The notes beneath the pieces were generated by a model that saw only the letters and a program-made list of their open reading frames with translations, was not told where the DNA came from and did no database searches. Position numbers and translations under genes: made by a program. DNA of 64,000 bases from Candidatus Binatia bacterium (lineage in GTDB: Bacteria; Desulfobacterota; Binatia; Bin18): NCBI GenBank assembly GCA_963666315.2, contig CAXXHG010000015.1:223497-287496 (forward strand). The letters are read 5' to 3'. Below are positions 9,057 to 19,443 of this stretch, piece after piece; positions within the stretch are counted from its first letter, which is position 1; each line of letters opens with the position of its first letter.

Positions 9057-10406
9057 CTAACCCGTCATACGGCGCACGCGGAGTATCATATGATCCACTT
9101 CAACAATCTGCACCTTCTGACCCACCTCAATATCCTCGTCACTCGCTGCCGTCCAGTATTCGCCATGAATCCAGACTTTTCCGTGTGGCGCGAGACGTGT
9201 ACGCACCTCACCAATTTCACCCTGTAGGCCCTCCAATCCCAAGACTACCGGGCGACGCCAGGCGTGAACGGCAAGCGAGCCCGCGACGAACATAAAGGTA
9301 CCCACGGCGAGCGACGCGGCAAAGATAATTCCGCGATCAACAGCGATCTCGGAGTCGGGCGTATCAAAGAGAAACAACGAACCAAGCACAAACGCAGCAA
9401 TGCCGCTGACTCCCAAAATGCCGAAACTCGGGATAAACAACTCGGCTATGAGCAGCGCTATACCCAACCCAATCAGGATCAGACCGGTGTAATTAATCGG
9501 CAATACTTGAAAGGCAGTCAGGGCCAGGATCAAGCAAATACCACCAGCCAAACCAGGAAAAAGCAGGCCCGGATTGGAGAACTCAAGGTAGAGGCCCAAC
9601 ATACCGGCCATCATGAGCAAATAGGCAATATTCGGGTCAGACAGGATATCGAGGACCTTATGTTTGAGCCGCATTTCAATGGTGACAATATTAAAACGTC
9701 CTGCGCTGAGTTGTGCAGGCGTAAAGTCTAAGGTGACACTTTCGTTCCCAACGTCAACCTTGCGCCCAGTCGCCTGAGTGAGCAAATCGTGGACATCCAC
9801 GGCTACTAGATCAACAACTTTTTTCTCTAAGGCCTCGATGTCAGTGATCGACACACTCTCCCGGACTGCCTGCTCCGCCCACTCCACATTCCGACCTCGG
9901 CGCTGGGCGATGGATTCCATAAACGAGACCGTATAATTCTCAATCTTTTCCCGCATATCGCCTTCGATATTCTGCCCACCGCTGGCCACCGGATGCGCCG
10001 CGCCGATCGTTGTTCCCGGCGCCATCGCGGCAATATGCCCAGCCAGGGTGATAAACACGCCAGCAGAACCGGCTCCGGCCCCACTCGGCGACACATACAG
10101 AATCACGGGCAGCGGAGCACCGAGAATGTCTTTCACTATGCTTTTGGTCGAACTGAGCAGCCCGCCCGGGGTGTCAAGCTGGATGATCAGAGCCAGCGCA
10201 CCCTCATCGGATGAGAACTTGATATTCTCCCGGATAAAATCCCCGACCGCAGGATTAATCGAAGCGTCGATAATAAGACGATTGACGTGGGCTTGCTGGC
10301 TCTCCGCGCGTGTCAGCCAGGTCAGACTGAGCATGCCGAGACCCAGGGTCAGGCAGCAAACAGAAACGAGTCGTAAGAATCGCATAATGACTTTGCGCTT
10401 TCGCAC
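9057..10406 (-). CDS. nfeD: Long-form NfeD membrane-bound serine protease
   Basis: LDTPGG, SAG...AAMAPGTTIGAAHPV, a transmembrane block and a C-terminal OB fold (GKVWIHGEYWTA). The start could be a few codons downstream. Confidence 0.92.
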   Translation of the reverse strand: MRKRKVIMRFLRLVSVCCLTLGLGMLSLTWLTRAESQQAHVNRLIIDASINPAVGDFIRENIKFSSDEGALALIIQLDTPGGLLSSTKSIVKDILGAPLPVILYVSPSGAGAGSAGVFITLAGHIAAMAPGTTIGAAHPVASGGQNIEGDMREKIENYTVSFMESIAQRRGRNVEWAEQAVRESVSITDIEALEKKVVDLVAVDVHDLLTQATGRKVDVGNESVTLDFTPAQLSAGRFNIVTIEMRLKHKVLDILSDPNIAYLLMMAGMLGLYLEFSNPGLLFPGLAGGICLILALTAFQVLPINYTGLILIGLGIALLIAELFIPSFGILGVSGIAAFVLGSLFLFDTPDSEIAVDRGIIFAASLAVGTFMFVAGSLAVHAWRRPVVLGLEGLQGEIGEVRTRLAPHGKVWIHGEYWTAASDEDIEVGQKVQIVEVDHMILRVRRMTG

Positions 10407-11312
10407 CTAGAGCCGCCCCATCTCGCGGAGTACGGCCTTGATGTCTTCCCAGACTAAGCGCTTCTCTTTAGGGTTACGCAGCAGATAGGCGGGATGCAAG
10501 GTCGGCATAAGTGGAATGCCGTGATAGGATTGCCATTTCCCACGTAAACGCGTAATCGGCGTTGTGTCTTGGAGGAGGGTCTGGGCGGCAAATTTGCCTA
10601 GGGCAATAATGACCCGCGGTTTGATCAGCTCAAGCTGTTTAAGCAGAAACGGCTCACACGCGGCAATCTCATCGGGCTCAGGATTCCTATTTTCAGGCGG
10701 ACGGCATTTCACCACATTGGCGATATACACGTCTTCGCGCCGCATCTGCATGCCTTTGGTGATGATCTGAGTCAAAAGCTGTCCTGCCCGGCCGACAAAG
10801 GGTTCGCCTTGTTTATCCTCCTCGTAACCCGGCCCCTCGCCCACGAAAACGATCTCGGCCTTGGGATTCCCTACTCCAAACACAATGGAATTGCGCTTTT
10901 CACATAGACGACAGCGTTGGCAATCTCCGATTTCCGCACGGAGCTCGTCCAACGTGTGGACACTAGCCGTGGCAGACGGTTCTTCAGTTGGGATAGCTAC
11001 TGAGGCGGTCTCAGTCTGAGCCCCAGGTCGATCCGAGCGATCAAATTCAATGTCAACCGGCTCGGCAATGCGTTTTTCCTCTGGCCTATTCACCTGCGCG
11101 GCTTGCTCAGGGGCAGCAAGGGCAGCAGGAGAAGATTGAGCAGCATCAGCAGCATCAGATTGAGAAACGGGCTGAGCCGACGCCCCTTCAGTTGCAAGAG
11201 ACGGAGGAGCCGCAGGCAAGCCTTCCAAGCCACTGGCTTGTAGCGACTGCACGTATACGTGCAACGAATGGGTAATCTGTGCCAACAACTCGTGTGGCGA
11301 ATCAGCAGACAT
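10407..11312 (-). CDS. Uracil-DNA glycosylase, family 4 (4Fe-4S), with long low-complexity N-terminus
   Basis: CQRCRLC, VGEGPG, PFVGRAGQLL, KCRPPENRNP and HPAYLLRNP motifs. Confidence 0.95.
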   Translation of the reverse strand: MSADSPHELLAQITHSLHVYVQSLQASGLEGLPAAPPSLATEGASAQPVSQSDAADAAQSSPAALAAPEQAAQVNRPEEKRIAEPVDIEFDRSDRPGAQTETASVAIPTEEPSATASVHTLDELRAEIGDCQRCRLCEKRNSIVFGVGNPKAEIVFVGEGPGYEEDKQGEPFVGRAGQLLTQIITKGMQMRREDVYIANVVKCRPPENRNPEPDEIAACEPFLLKQLELIKPRVIIALGKFAAQTLLQDTTPITRLRGKWQSYHGIPLMPTLHPAYLLRNPKEKRLVWEDIKAVLREMGRL

Positions 11313-11330
11313 TACCTGTCGAGGATATGC

Positions 11331-12323
11331 CTAGGCAGTCCGGTTGACAAGCTGAGACACAAAAAAAGCAAGGCCGTCGTAGTACGGAGACGGCGGCAAT
11401 ACCTCTAAAGCTGACAGGGCCCGTTTCTCATAGGCATGGGCCATGCGGGTTGCCTCCGCCAGGACGCCCGAGCGCCGGACTTGTTCGAGCGCGTTTTCGA
11501 CTTCTTTCTGACTGGGCTCCTGCTTCTCAAACACCCGCTTGACCTCGGAATCAAGAGAGAGCGCCAGAACCAGCGGCAGGGAGGGATTGCCATCTCTGAG
11601 GTCGGCTCCGGTTGGCTTGCCGGTTCGGTTCCCATCACCGGCAACATCAAGGACATCATCGACGATTTGAAACGCCATGCCAACACAGAATCCGCACTCA
11701 GCCAGACTCTCCAGAACGTCCTGCGAAGCTCCCGCCAGATGGGCGCCCATACGCGCGCCTTGCGCAAACAGCGAAGCCGTCTTGCGCGAGATGATTTCCA
11801 AGTAGTCCTCGCGCGTCACACGAGGGTCATGCCGCAGCCGGCCTTGCAGGACTTCCCCTTCGGTCAGACTGATACAGGCGTCAGTTGCCCAGGTGATGAC
11901 CTGTTCCTCAAATCGAGCACACAACGCAAAGGCGCGTCCAAACAAAAAGTCCCCGGCTATGAGGGTTTCCGCAAGCCCGAAACGGTGCAGGGCCGAGGCC
12001 TTACCACGCCGGGTCGCGGCTTCGTCGATGATATCGTCATGTAAGAGCGAAGCAGAGTGAATGAGTTCGAGAGCAGTGGCGACATCAACCATATCGGCCG
12101 GATCTTGTCCGCCACAGGCACGAAAAACCATGAGCGCGACAGCGGGCCGGACCCGCTTTCCACCCGCCCCAACAAGGTAATGCCCGATTTCACTGAGCAG
12201 GCTTTCGCGCGAGTGTAATAATTCGGCGAGCCGTTTCTCGACTTGCTCAAGTTCCGCAGCTACGAGGTCGTGTGGAGACAGGGAGTCCGGTTGGCTAAGG
12301 CTTGCTTTGGCAGACACATTCAA
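11331..12323 (-). CDS. Polyprenyl diphosphate synthase (IspB/HepT-like)
   Basis: GGKRVRP, LLHDDIID...RRG, KTASLF and FQIVDDVLD motifs. Confidence 0.93.
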   Translation of the reverse strand: MNVSAKASLSQPDSLSPHDLVAAELEQVEKRLAELLHSRESLLSEIGHYLVGAGGKRVRPAVALMVFRACGGQDPADMVDVATALELIHSASLLHDDIIDEAATRRGKASALHRFGLAETLIAGDFLFGRAFALCARFEEQVITWATDACISLTEGEVLQGRLRHDPRVTREDYLEIISRKTASLFAQGARMGAHLAGASQDVLESLAECGFCVGMAFQIVDDVLDVAGDGNRTGKPTGADLRDGNPSLPLVLALSLDSEVKRVFEKQEPSQKEVENALEQVRRSGVLAEATRMAHAYEKRALSALEVLPPSPYYDGLAFFVSQLVNRTA

Positions 12324-12562
12324 CTCATATCAGGTAGCATTTCCTCAGATCCGTGCTGAGGCTCCCCACATAATGCCAAAGGAGGGGAAAACGTCAAGGA
12401 GAGCAAAGTCTCATCAGCAAAAGCATTTTACCATACCTGATGATTCTACGATCCAATTGACCTTGCCCCAGCCCGCTCTTCCCCCGTATGATACCAGGAA
12501 GACCAGGAAGAAACACACGAACGGCATAGTGCACGTCTCTGACCATTTTCACTTCTTTAGAC

Positions 12563-13768
12563 ATGATGCTGAAACACAAAAACATCGTTCTTGGGGTGAC
12601 GGGCGGTATCGCAGCGTATAAATCAGCAGAGATTGTTCGCCTATTGATCAAGGCAGAGGCTACCGTCCGGGTTGTCATGACCAAGAATGCGCAAGCATTC
12701 ATCACCCCGCTGACGCTCCAAACCCTATCCGGCAACCCGGTTTCGACTGATACCTTTAATCTGACGCAAGAATCTGAGATCGGCCATATTCGGCTGGCAG
12801 ACACAGCAGACCTCATTCTAATTGCTCCAGCAACTGCGAACATGGTCGCTAAGCTTGCCCATGGGCTTGCGGATGACCTTCTTTCGACGGTCTTGCTGGT
12901 CACCAGAGCGCCCGTTGTCATCGCCCCAGCGATGAACGTCCATATGTACGCCCATCCCATAACCCAGGAAAATCTCAAAAAACTCCAGAGTGTCGGGCAC
13001 AGTATAATTGAACCGAGTGAGGGAGAATTGGCCTGTGGCTACGAGGGGAAGGGCCGCTTGGCTGATCCCGATCAGATTCTGGAGTCTGTCGAGGCGGCAC
13101 TGACAAACAAAGACATGCGGGGCGAACACGTGATCGTGACCGCCGGTCCCAATTGTGAACCCATTGATCCGGTTCGATTTATTACCAATCGCTCAACCGG
13201 TAAGATGGGTTTTGCTATGGCGCGCATTGCACATCATAGGGGGGCGGAAGTCACCCTAGTCGGCGGCCCAACCTCCCTCGCTCCTCCATCTGGCGTACGT
13301 TTTTGCGCCGTTCGAACGGCGCTCGAAATGCAGCAAGCCGTCTTGGAATATTATCCGCAGGCAACCATGGTCGTGTCAGCTGCGGCCATAGCCGACTATC
13401 GTCCGGCCCAAGTCGCCTCACAAAAGATCAAAAAACAAGACGGCGATTTTTCAATTGCCCTAGATCGGAATCCGGACATCTTGGCGGGGCTGGGCCAAGA
13501 CAAAGGCAACCGTCTCCTTGTCGGCTTTGCCACGGAAACAGAAAACGTCATAGAAAATGCCGAACGCAAGCTGCGCGCGAAGAATCTCGATATGATTGTG
13601 GCCAACGATGTGACGCAAGAGGGTGCCGGATTCGCGGGCGACACCAATATTGTCACTCTTCTCGACCGACTGGGCAGGCAAGAATCCTTGCCCCTCATGT
13701 CCAAAGAGGACGTTGCCCACGCGGTGTACGACCGTCTGCTCGCCCTCAAAACCACCTCTCAACCCTAA
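12563..13768 (+). CDS. coaBC: Phosphopantothenoylcysteine decarboxylase / phosphopantothenate-cysteine ligase
   Basis: [44 protein letters not shown] and VGFATET motifs. Confidence 0.97.
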   Translation: MMLKHKNIVLGVTGGIAAYKSAEIVRLLIKAEATVRVVMTKNAQAFITPLTLQTLSGNPVSTDTFNLTQESEIGHIRLADTADLILIAPATANMVAKLAHGLADDLLSTVLLVTRAPVVIAPAMNVHMYAHPITQENLKKLQSVGHSIIEPSEGELACGYEGKGRLADPDQILESVEAALTNKDMRGEHVIVTAGPNCEPIDPVRFITNRSTGKMGFAMARIAHHRGAEVTLVGGPTSLAPPSGVRFCAVRTALEMQQAVLEYYPQATMVVSAAAIADYRPAQVASQKIKKQDGDFSIALDRNPDILAGLGQDKGNRLLVGFATETENVIENAERKLRAKNLDMIVANDVTQEGAGFAGDTNIVTLLDRLGRQESLPLMSKEDVAHAVYDRLLALKTTSQP

Positions 13769-13825
13769 TACCGAGTCCCTTGTCTGCCATGGGTACCCCG
13801 ACCTCACCTGCTCCGGTGAAGCTAC

Positions 13826-14257
13826 TCATCGCTCTGCTTTCAACCGACACCGCAAATCACGCGGCAGCCGTCGCACCTTTCCCGCATCATTAACGCAGGC
13901 ATGGTACGTATGTCCTTCTGCTATCAGAGTATCGTCAGCTTTTCGTACGATACGGTATCCAAATCGGACACTCGCACCCCCGACCTTTTCAATAGTCGTA
14001 GTCACCCCGAGCAGATCATCAAAGAGGGCCACAACCCAGTAGCGGCAATAGGCTTCCCGAACCGGAAAGTGTATGCCTTCAGCTTCCAGCACTTGATACG
14101 GCTTGCCAACTGACCGTAACAGCTCAACCCGGCCCTCTTCGAACCAGGGCAGATAGGCGGCATGATGCGCCATGCCAGCCTGATCGGTCTCAGCATAACG
14201 CACGCGGACGGTATGGAGGTTGGAGATGGGGGAATGGGATTTTTGAGTCTGTGTCAT
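13826..14257 (-). CDS. Acyl-CoA thioesterase (YbgC/4HBT hot-dog family)
   Basis: VRVRYAETDQAGMAHHAAYLPWFEEGR motif. Confidence 0.9.
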   Translation of the reverse strand: MTQTQKSHSPISNLHTVRVRYAETDQAGMAHHAAYLPWFEEGRVELLRSVGKPYQVLEAEGIHFPVREAYCRYWVVALFDDLLGVTTTIEKVGGASVRFGYRIVRKADDTLIAEGHTYHACVNDAGKVRRLPRDLRCRLKAER

Positions 14258-14277
14258 CAGCCCCTACCCCCTACCCC

Positions 14278-15054
14278 CTATTTTCCTTGCCAATTTGGTT
14301 TGCGTTTCTCGGCAAATGCCCGAGGACCTTCTTTCACATCCTCAGAGTTCATCATCTCCTTGAGCGCCGGATACGACTGGCCTAAGGCTTCGTCTAAGGT
14401 CAGTCCTGCGCCCATCATGGCGCACTGCTTGGTGGCACGCACAGAGAGAGGTGCGCACTCCAGGATTTCATCTGTCCAGCGTTTCACCGTCGACATCAGA
14501 TCTGCAAGCGACACGACCTCATTCACAACGCCCCAGCGATGCGCTTCTTGAGCGGTCATAAACTTTCCGGTCAGCATATAGCCCAGGGCAATCTTGAGCG
14601 GCATCTGTCGTGGCAGGCGGTGCACGCCACCGGCAGCCGCGGCTAAACCAACTCTCGGTTCGGGCAAGCCCAAACGAGCATGTTCGGCAGCAATGATGAT
14701 GTCGCACGATAACGCCATCTCAAATCCACCACCCAGGGCAAAGCCATTCACCGCCGCGATGGTAGGTTTCCAGATGTCAGTACGATCTGTCAAGCCACCA
14801 AAACCACCCTTTACTCTCTTTTTTGGAAAGCCGTACTCTGCCGTGTATTTCAGATCGTTCCCGGCTGAAAACGCTTTCTCTCCAGCTCCAGTCAGCACAA
14901 CGATCCACACATTGTCATCTGCGAGGGCATCATCCCAAATTTGGGAGAGTTCTTCCGATGCCGGCGGATGAACTGCATTCATGCGTTCCGGGCGATTCAT
15001 GGTAATCGTGGCAACGTGACCGTCCTTTTCATACAGTGCATATTCGTACGCCAT
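14278..15054 (-). CDS. Enoyl-CoA hydratase/crotonase family protein
   Basis: AFSAGNDLK, KPTIAAVNGFALGGGFE, LPEPRVGL and EGPRAFAEKRKP motifs. Confidence 0.95.
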   Translation of the reverse strand: MAYEYALYEKDGHVATITMNRPERMNAVHPPASEELSQIWDDALADDNVWIVVLTGAGEKAFSAGNDLKYTAEYGFPKKRVKGGFGGLTDRTDIWKPTIAAVNGFALGGGFEMALSCDIIIAAEHARLGLPEPRVGLAAAAGGVHRLPRQMPLKIALGYMLTGKFMTAQEAHRWGVVNEVVSLADLMSTVKRWTDEILECAPLSVRATKQCAMMGAGLTLDEALGQSYPALKEMMNSEDVKEGPRAFAEKRKPNWQGK

Positions 15055-15163
15055 GCGTCCTCCTTTTCGTATCGTTTTTACTCATCGTTTTGTTTACTGT
15101 GCGCGGACAAGCGCAGGCAGGGGCGGTTGGATACTACCGTCCCAGCATGCTAAAAGCAACAAA

Positions 15164-15898
15164 ATGTCCGTTCAGTCCCTTCCTCTGACAGACCAGGTTG
15201 CCCTTATTACCGGAGCGGGTCGTGGCATAGGCAGAGCCATTGCCCTGCGGCTGACGAAAGCCGGAGTCCGGACCGTTCTGGCGGCGCGGACCGAACAGGA
15301 ATTACAAGTAACGGCAGCGATCATTCGGAGGGATGGAGGGAAAACGCTTGTCGTTCCTACGGATGTCACACAAGACGACCAAGTGGACAGTCTGGTCGAG
15401 CAAACGCTCGCCCACTCCGGCCACGTCGATATTCTGGTCAATACTGCCGGCGGTGGTCCGCCGCGTACGTCGATTGTAAAATCGAGGATCACAGATTGGG
15501 AGCAAACGCTCCAGGTAAATTTATTGGCCACGATGTCTGTGACTAAACGGGTGTTGCCGTCCATGATCGAACGCCAACACGGGACCATTATCACCTTGGG
15601 TTCCATTGCGAGTTTCACCGGACAAGCGGGCGAGGCTGCCTACGCCGCCAGTAAGTTTGGCGTGCGGGGTTTTACCCAGTCGTTATTCGAGGAAGTGCGG
15701 CGCTACGGCATTAAAGTGTCGTTTCTGTGTCCGGGCTATGTGGATACCGCCCTCATCCCTCCGAACAAGCGTATCGACAGAGAGAAACTCCTGAGCCCGG
15801 ACGATGTGGCCGAAGCCGCGTATAACATCGCGGTTTCCTCTCCACGCGCCTGTCCTGCGGAGGTCATCCTGCAACCCCAATTTGATCCGTTTAGGTAA
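15164..15898 (+). CDS. Short-chain dehydrogenase/reductase
   Basis: TGAGRGIG and YAASK motifs; start moved to the ATG at 15164 (in frame with the track ORF at 15053). Confidence 0.9.
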   Translation: MSVQSLPLTDQVALITGAGRGIGRAIALRLTKAGVRTVLAARTEQELQVTAAIIRRDGGKTLVVPTDVTQDDQVDSLVEQTLAHSGHVDILVNTAGGGPPRTSIVKSRITDWEQTLQVNLLATMSVTKRVLPSMIERQHGTIITLGSIASFTGQAGEAAYAASKFGVRGFTQSLFEEVRRYGIKVSFLCPGYVDTALIPPNKRIDREKLLSPDDVAEAAYNIAVSSPRACPAEVILQPQFDPFR

Positions 15899-16000
15899 CT
15901 GCGAATCTCCCCTTCACAGGAAGGCTCTCTCAGCAGGAGACCAAAAGAATCGAGGGCTTGCCTCTAGAGCAACTCCCTGAGAACCCCTATCATTCCTCGT

Positions 16001-16732
16001 ATGGATCTCAACGGTAAAATTGCCTTAGTCACAGGTGGCGCGAAACGCCTTGGCAAAGCCATAGTCCAGGCGTTAGCCGAACGCGGCTGTCACCTCGTCG
16101 TCCACTACCATACCTCGCAGACGGAGGCACAAGAAACCGTTCAAGAACTCCGGACCGCTGGTCGTGAGGCGATTGCCCTACAGGCCGATATCACTCTAGA
16201 ATCGGACGTTGAAAATATGGTCGAACAAGCCGTCGAACGCTTCGGACGGATCGACGTGCTCGTCAATAATGCCGCCATCTTCTACCGCACCCCAATCGAC
16301 ACGGTTACCTTCGACGACTGGGAACAGATCATCAATGTCAATCTGACCGGCACCTTTTTGTGCGCCCACAAAATCGGCCTACGCATGAGAGCATGGGGCT
16401 GGGGCCATATTATCAATATGGCGGATGTTGCAGGACAGCGATCCTGGGCTGATTACATTCCCTATTCAGTCTCAAAGGCCTGCGTACTCACATTCAGTCA
16501 GGGCTTGGCCATGGAACTCGCGCCGGAAGTGATGGTCAACGCGGTCGTTCCAGGACCCGTTCTGTTCCAAGACGACACGCCTGAAGAATTCCAGCAACGT
16601 GAGATTGAAAAGACCCTCGTCAAACGCGCTGGTACGCCGGAAGAAGTGGCAAAGCTGGTTGTCTTTATCGCACAGTCGGATTTTAGTACGGGCTCAGTGT
16701 TCTCCGTGGATGGGGGACGCTCGTTAGCCTGA
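16001..16732 (+). CDS. SDR, pteridine reductase/FolM-like
   Basis: TGGAKRLG (the Arg is typical of PTR1/FolM), VHYHTS, NNAA and YSVSK motifs. Confidence 0.85.
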   Translation: MDLNGKIALVTGGAKRLGKAIVQALAERGCHLVVHYHTSQTEAQETVQELRTAGREAIALQADITLESDVENMVEQAVERFGRIDVLVNNAAIFYRTPIDTVTFDDWEQIINVNLTGTFLCAHKIGLRMRAWGWGHIINMADVAGQRSWADYIPYSVSKACVLTFSQGLAMELAPEVMVNAVVPGPVLFQDDTPEEFQQREIEKTLVKRAGTPEEVAKLVVFIAQSDFSTGSVFSVDGGRSLA

Positions 16733-16853
16733 TCGCGCTCAGTAGCCTGATCGGATGAGAGAGTGATAAACTTGACAGACTCACAGCTGACCTTCAAGCT
16801 GCTGAGCAACATTCTTTCATATCTGTTTCGTCCGTCTTCATACCTATTGCTTC

Positions 16854-17447
16854 ATGTCTATTGATCCGGCACTTCCGCTGATCCCGCCCGCCTGGGAAGA
16901 CATCTTTGGTAACACTCATCCAGTCGAAGTCGAAATCGGACCGGGCAAAGGCTCTTTTCTTCTTACAGTGGCTCAGTGTACGCCGGATCGCAATTTCTTT
17001 GCCGTGGAGTTTTCTAGGCGACGCGCCTATCGGATAGCCCAGCGTATCGAACGCGACCGACCGGACAATGTGATTGCTATTGCCGCAGATATCAATTGCA
17101 TACTCAAGACACTCATTCGGCCCGCATCCGTGGCGACCTACCATCTCTATTTCCCAGATCCGTGGTGGAAGCGACGGCATCATCGGCGACGGCTCTTTCG
17201 AGATGATTTCCCTGCTGAGCTGACGCGAACGCTCGTCTCAGGTGGGAAGATCCTCCTTGCTACCGACGTTCATGATTATTTTGTTGAGATTGTTCGACAG
17301 CTTGCCGCTATCCCTGTCCTGAAGCAATTTCTCTGGCAGAGGGATCAGACGAATGACAACGGTAAGCTCATCTTGACCGACCTTGAGCGCCAGTTCAAAG
17401 ACGAGGGAAAACCAATCTACTACGCCGGATTTCACAAAAACCTATAG
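16854..17447 (+). CDS. trmB: tRNA (guanine-N7)-methyltransferase
   Basis: VEIGPGKG, FPDPWWKRRHHRRR and ATDVHDY motifs. Confidence 0.92.
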   Translation: MSIDPALPLIPPAWEDIFGNTHPVEVEIGPGKGSFLLTVAQCTPDRNFFAVEFSRRRAYRIAQRIERDRPDNVIAIAADINCILKTLIRPASVATYHLYFPDPWWKRRHHRRRLFRDDFPAELTRTLVSGGKILLATDVHDYFVEIVRQLAAIPVLKQFLWQRDQTNDNGKLILTDLERQFKDEGKPIYYAGFHKNL

Positions 17448-17502
17448 CCTAGAGCCCGCGAACCAAGACCAGGACCCAAAAGCAGGCGATACATGGGCGT
17501 GA

Positions 17503-19344
17503 TTAGACCAGCAGCGTTTTGGCCTTTTCAACAATATGCCGGGCGCTGATGCCGAAGGTGTCCAGTAGTTCAGCCGATTTTCCAGAGCGCGGGACGCCGT
17601 TCACTGCGAGTTTGTGAACCTTTACGCCGTATGTTGCCACAGCGTTGAGTACAGCATCGCCCAGGCCACCGTCATAATAGTGATCTTCGACGACAAGCAG
17701 CGTGTTATTCGTCTGGGCGGCTGCGGCTAAGATGCCGGATGCATCAATAGGCTTGACCGAGTAGGCGTCAATAAGACGAATGGCCACGCCTTCGCTTTTG
17801 AGCGTTTCATACGCCGCAAGCGCCTCGTGTACGGTGACCCCAGCGGCAACAACAGTAAGAGCGTCAGTGTCGCTGGACTGCAGCACTTTACTCCCGCCGA
17901 TGGGGAATGCTTCGGTATTGGCGTACAGCACCGGAGTTGCCGGACGTGTCGTGCGCAGATACGTCGCCCCAGGCAGATCGGGCATGGCAGCCACCAAGCG
18001 CTCGGTAGAAACCGCATCGCTCGGGTAGAGGACGGTCGAATTGGGAATAGCACGCATCATAGCCAAGTCTTCTAAACCCATCTGAGACGGGCCATCCTCA
18101 CCAATCGAAACACCACAATGCGAGCCCACATATTTGATAGTGACTCCGGATATTGCCGCCATCCGAATGTGGTCAAACGCACGCGTCAGGAAGGCGGCAA
18201 AGGTAGAAACAAAGGGGATCTTTCCGCATGCGGCCAGCCCGACCGCCGCTCCAACCATATTCTGCTCGGCTATATAGCTCTCGAAGAAGCGTTCCGGGTG
18301 CGCTTTCAGAAAGGTCTCGGCAAAGGTCGAATTTTTGGTATCCCCGTCTAGGGCAACAACATTGGGATTAACGTCTCCCAACTTTGCCAGCGCTGTCCCA
18401 TAGGCAGTTCGCGTGGCTACTTTTGCCCCCAGCCCATAACTCGGCGCAGGGAAGATGCCGATGACACAAGCCGGCGAAAATCCATGCGGCTGCGGCTGAG
18501 CTACGTGGGGAGTAGGTGCGTTGCCGTTCAGCGTCAACTCACTCAGCGCCTTGTCCAGGTCATCTCCCTTGACCGGCTTTCCATGCCAGCCCAGCTTGTC
18601 TTCAAGAAAAGACACCCCTTTTCCTTTGAAGGTCTTCGCAATAAGCATCGTCGGCTGATCTTTGGTCGCATGGGCCTGATCGAGTGCCGCCAACACCTCT
18701 TCTAAATTGTGGCCATCGACGATGACGGCATGCCAGCCAAACGCAGCAAAACGACGTTGATAGGTTTCCACGTCGAAGTTGTACATGGTCCGTTGGCTCT
18801 GCCCTATGCCGTTCACGTCGACCACTCCAATCAGATTATCCAGCTGATAATAAGCCGCCATGGCTGCGGCTTCCCAGACGCCGCCTTCGGCGATTTCTCC
18901 GTCACCCATCAGCACGTATACCCGGTAGTCGAGCTTATCGAGACGTTTGCCATTCAGCGCCATGCCGACACCGACCGACAATCCCTGGCCGAGCGATCCT
19001 GTGGCGGCCCCAACCCACGGAATCCGAGGGGTAGGATGGCCTTCTAAATCGCTGGAGAATTTTCGCAAGGTGGTGAGCTGATCAACGGGGAGAGCCCCGG
19101 CTTCGGCGAGCGCCGCGTACAAAACGGGAGCGGCATGGCCTTTGGACAGTACAAAACGATCATTGGCCGGATTGCTCGGATTAGCAGGATCGAAGCGCAT
19201 GTCCGCAAAGAAAATGGCAGCCATGATGTCGGCGGCAGACAGACAGGACGTAGGATGGCCGGAGCCCGCCTCCGCTGTCGCACGGAGCGAATGGGCGCGC
19301 AATTTATTGGCTGCGGCGCTTAAAACATTCAAGTCTACAGTCAC
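17503..19344 (-). CDS. tkt: Transketolase (short ~610-aa, animal-like type)
   Basis: GSGHPTS, DRFVLSKGHA, GDGE...EGGVWEA (TPP-binding), IAEQNMV and GEDGPSQM motifs. Confidence 0.95.
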   Translation of the reverse strand: MTVDLNVLSAAANKLRAHSLRATAEAGSGHPTSCLSAADIMAAIFFADMRFDPANPSNPANDRFVLSKGHAAPVLYAALAEAGALPVDQLTTLRKFSSDLEGHPTPRIPWVGAATGSLGQGLSVGVGMALNGKRLDKLDYRVYVLMGDGEIAEGGVWEAAAMAAYYQLDNLIGVVDVNGIGQSQRTMYNFDVETYQRRFAAFGWHAVIVDGHNLEEVLAALDQAHATKDQPTMLIAKTFKGKGVSFLEDKLGWHGKPVKGDDLDKALSELTLNGNAPTPHVAQPQPHGFSPACVIGIFPAPSYGLGAKVATRTAYGTALAKLGDVNPNVVALDGDTKNSTFAETFLKAHPERFFESYIAEQNMVGAAVGLAACGKIPFVSTFAAFLTRAFDHIRMAAISGVTIKYVGSHCGVSIGEDGPSQMGLEDLAMMRAIPNSTVLYPSDAVSTERLVAAMPDLPGATYLRTTRPATPVLYANTEAFPIGGSKVLQSSDTDALTVVAAGVTVHEALAAYETLKSEGVAIRLIDAYSVKPIDASGILAAAAQTNNTLLVVEDHYYDGGLGDAVLNAVATYGVKVHKLAVNGVPRSGKSAELLDTFGISARHIVEKAKTLLV

Positions 19345-19367
19345 GGTTACTTACTCCCTGAGAGTTG

Positions 19368-19395
19368 AAAAAGGGGCACGGTTGAGCGTGCCCCT
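19368..19395 (-). terminator. Intrinsic terminator-like hairpin after the ThiS/MoaD gene
   Basis: AGGGGCACG/CGTGCCCCT stem followed by a T-run on the minus strand. Confidence 0.55.
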
Positions 19396-19443
19396 GCCCT
19401 CCAGCTCATGACCTTGCCATTACCTCGTATTACAATTCGTTTG

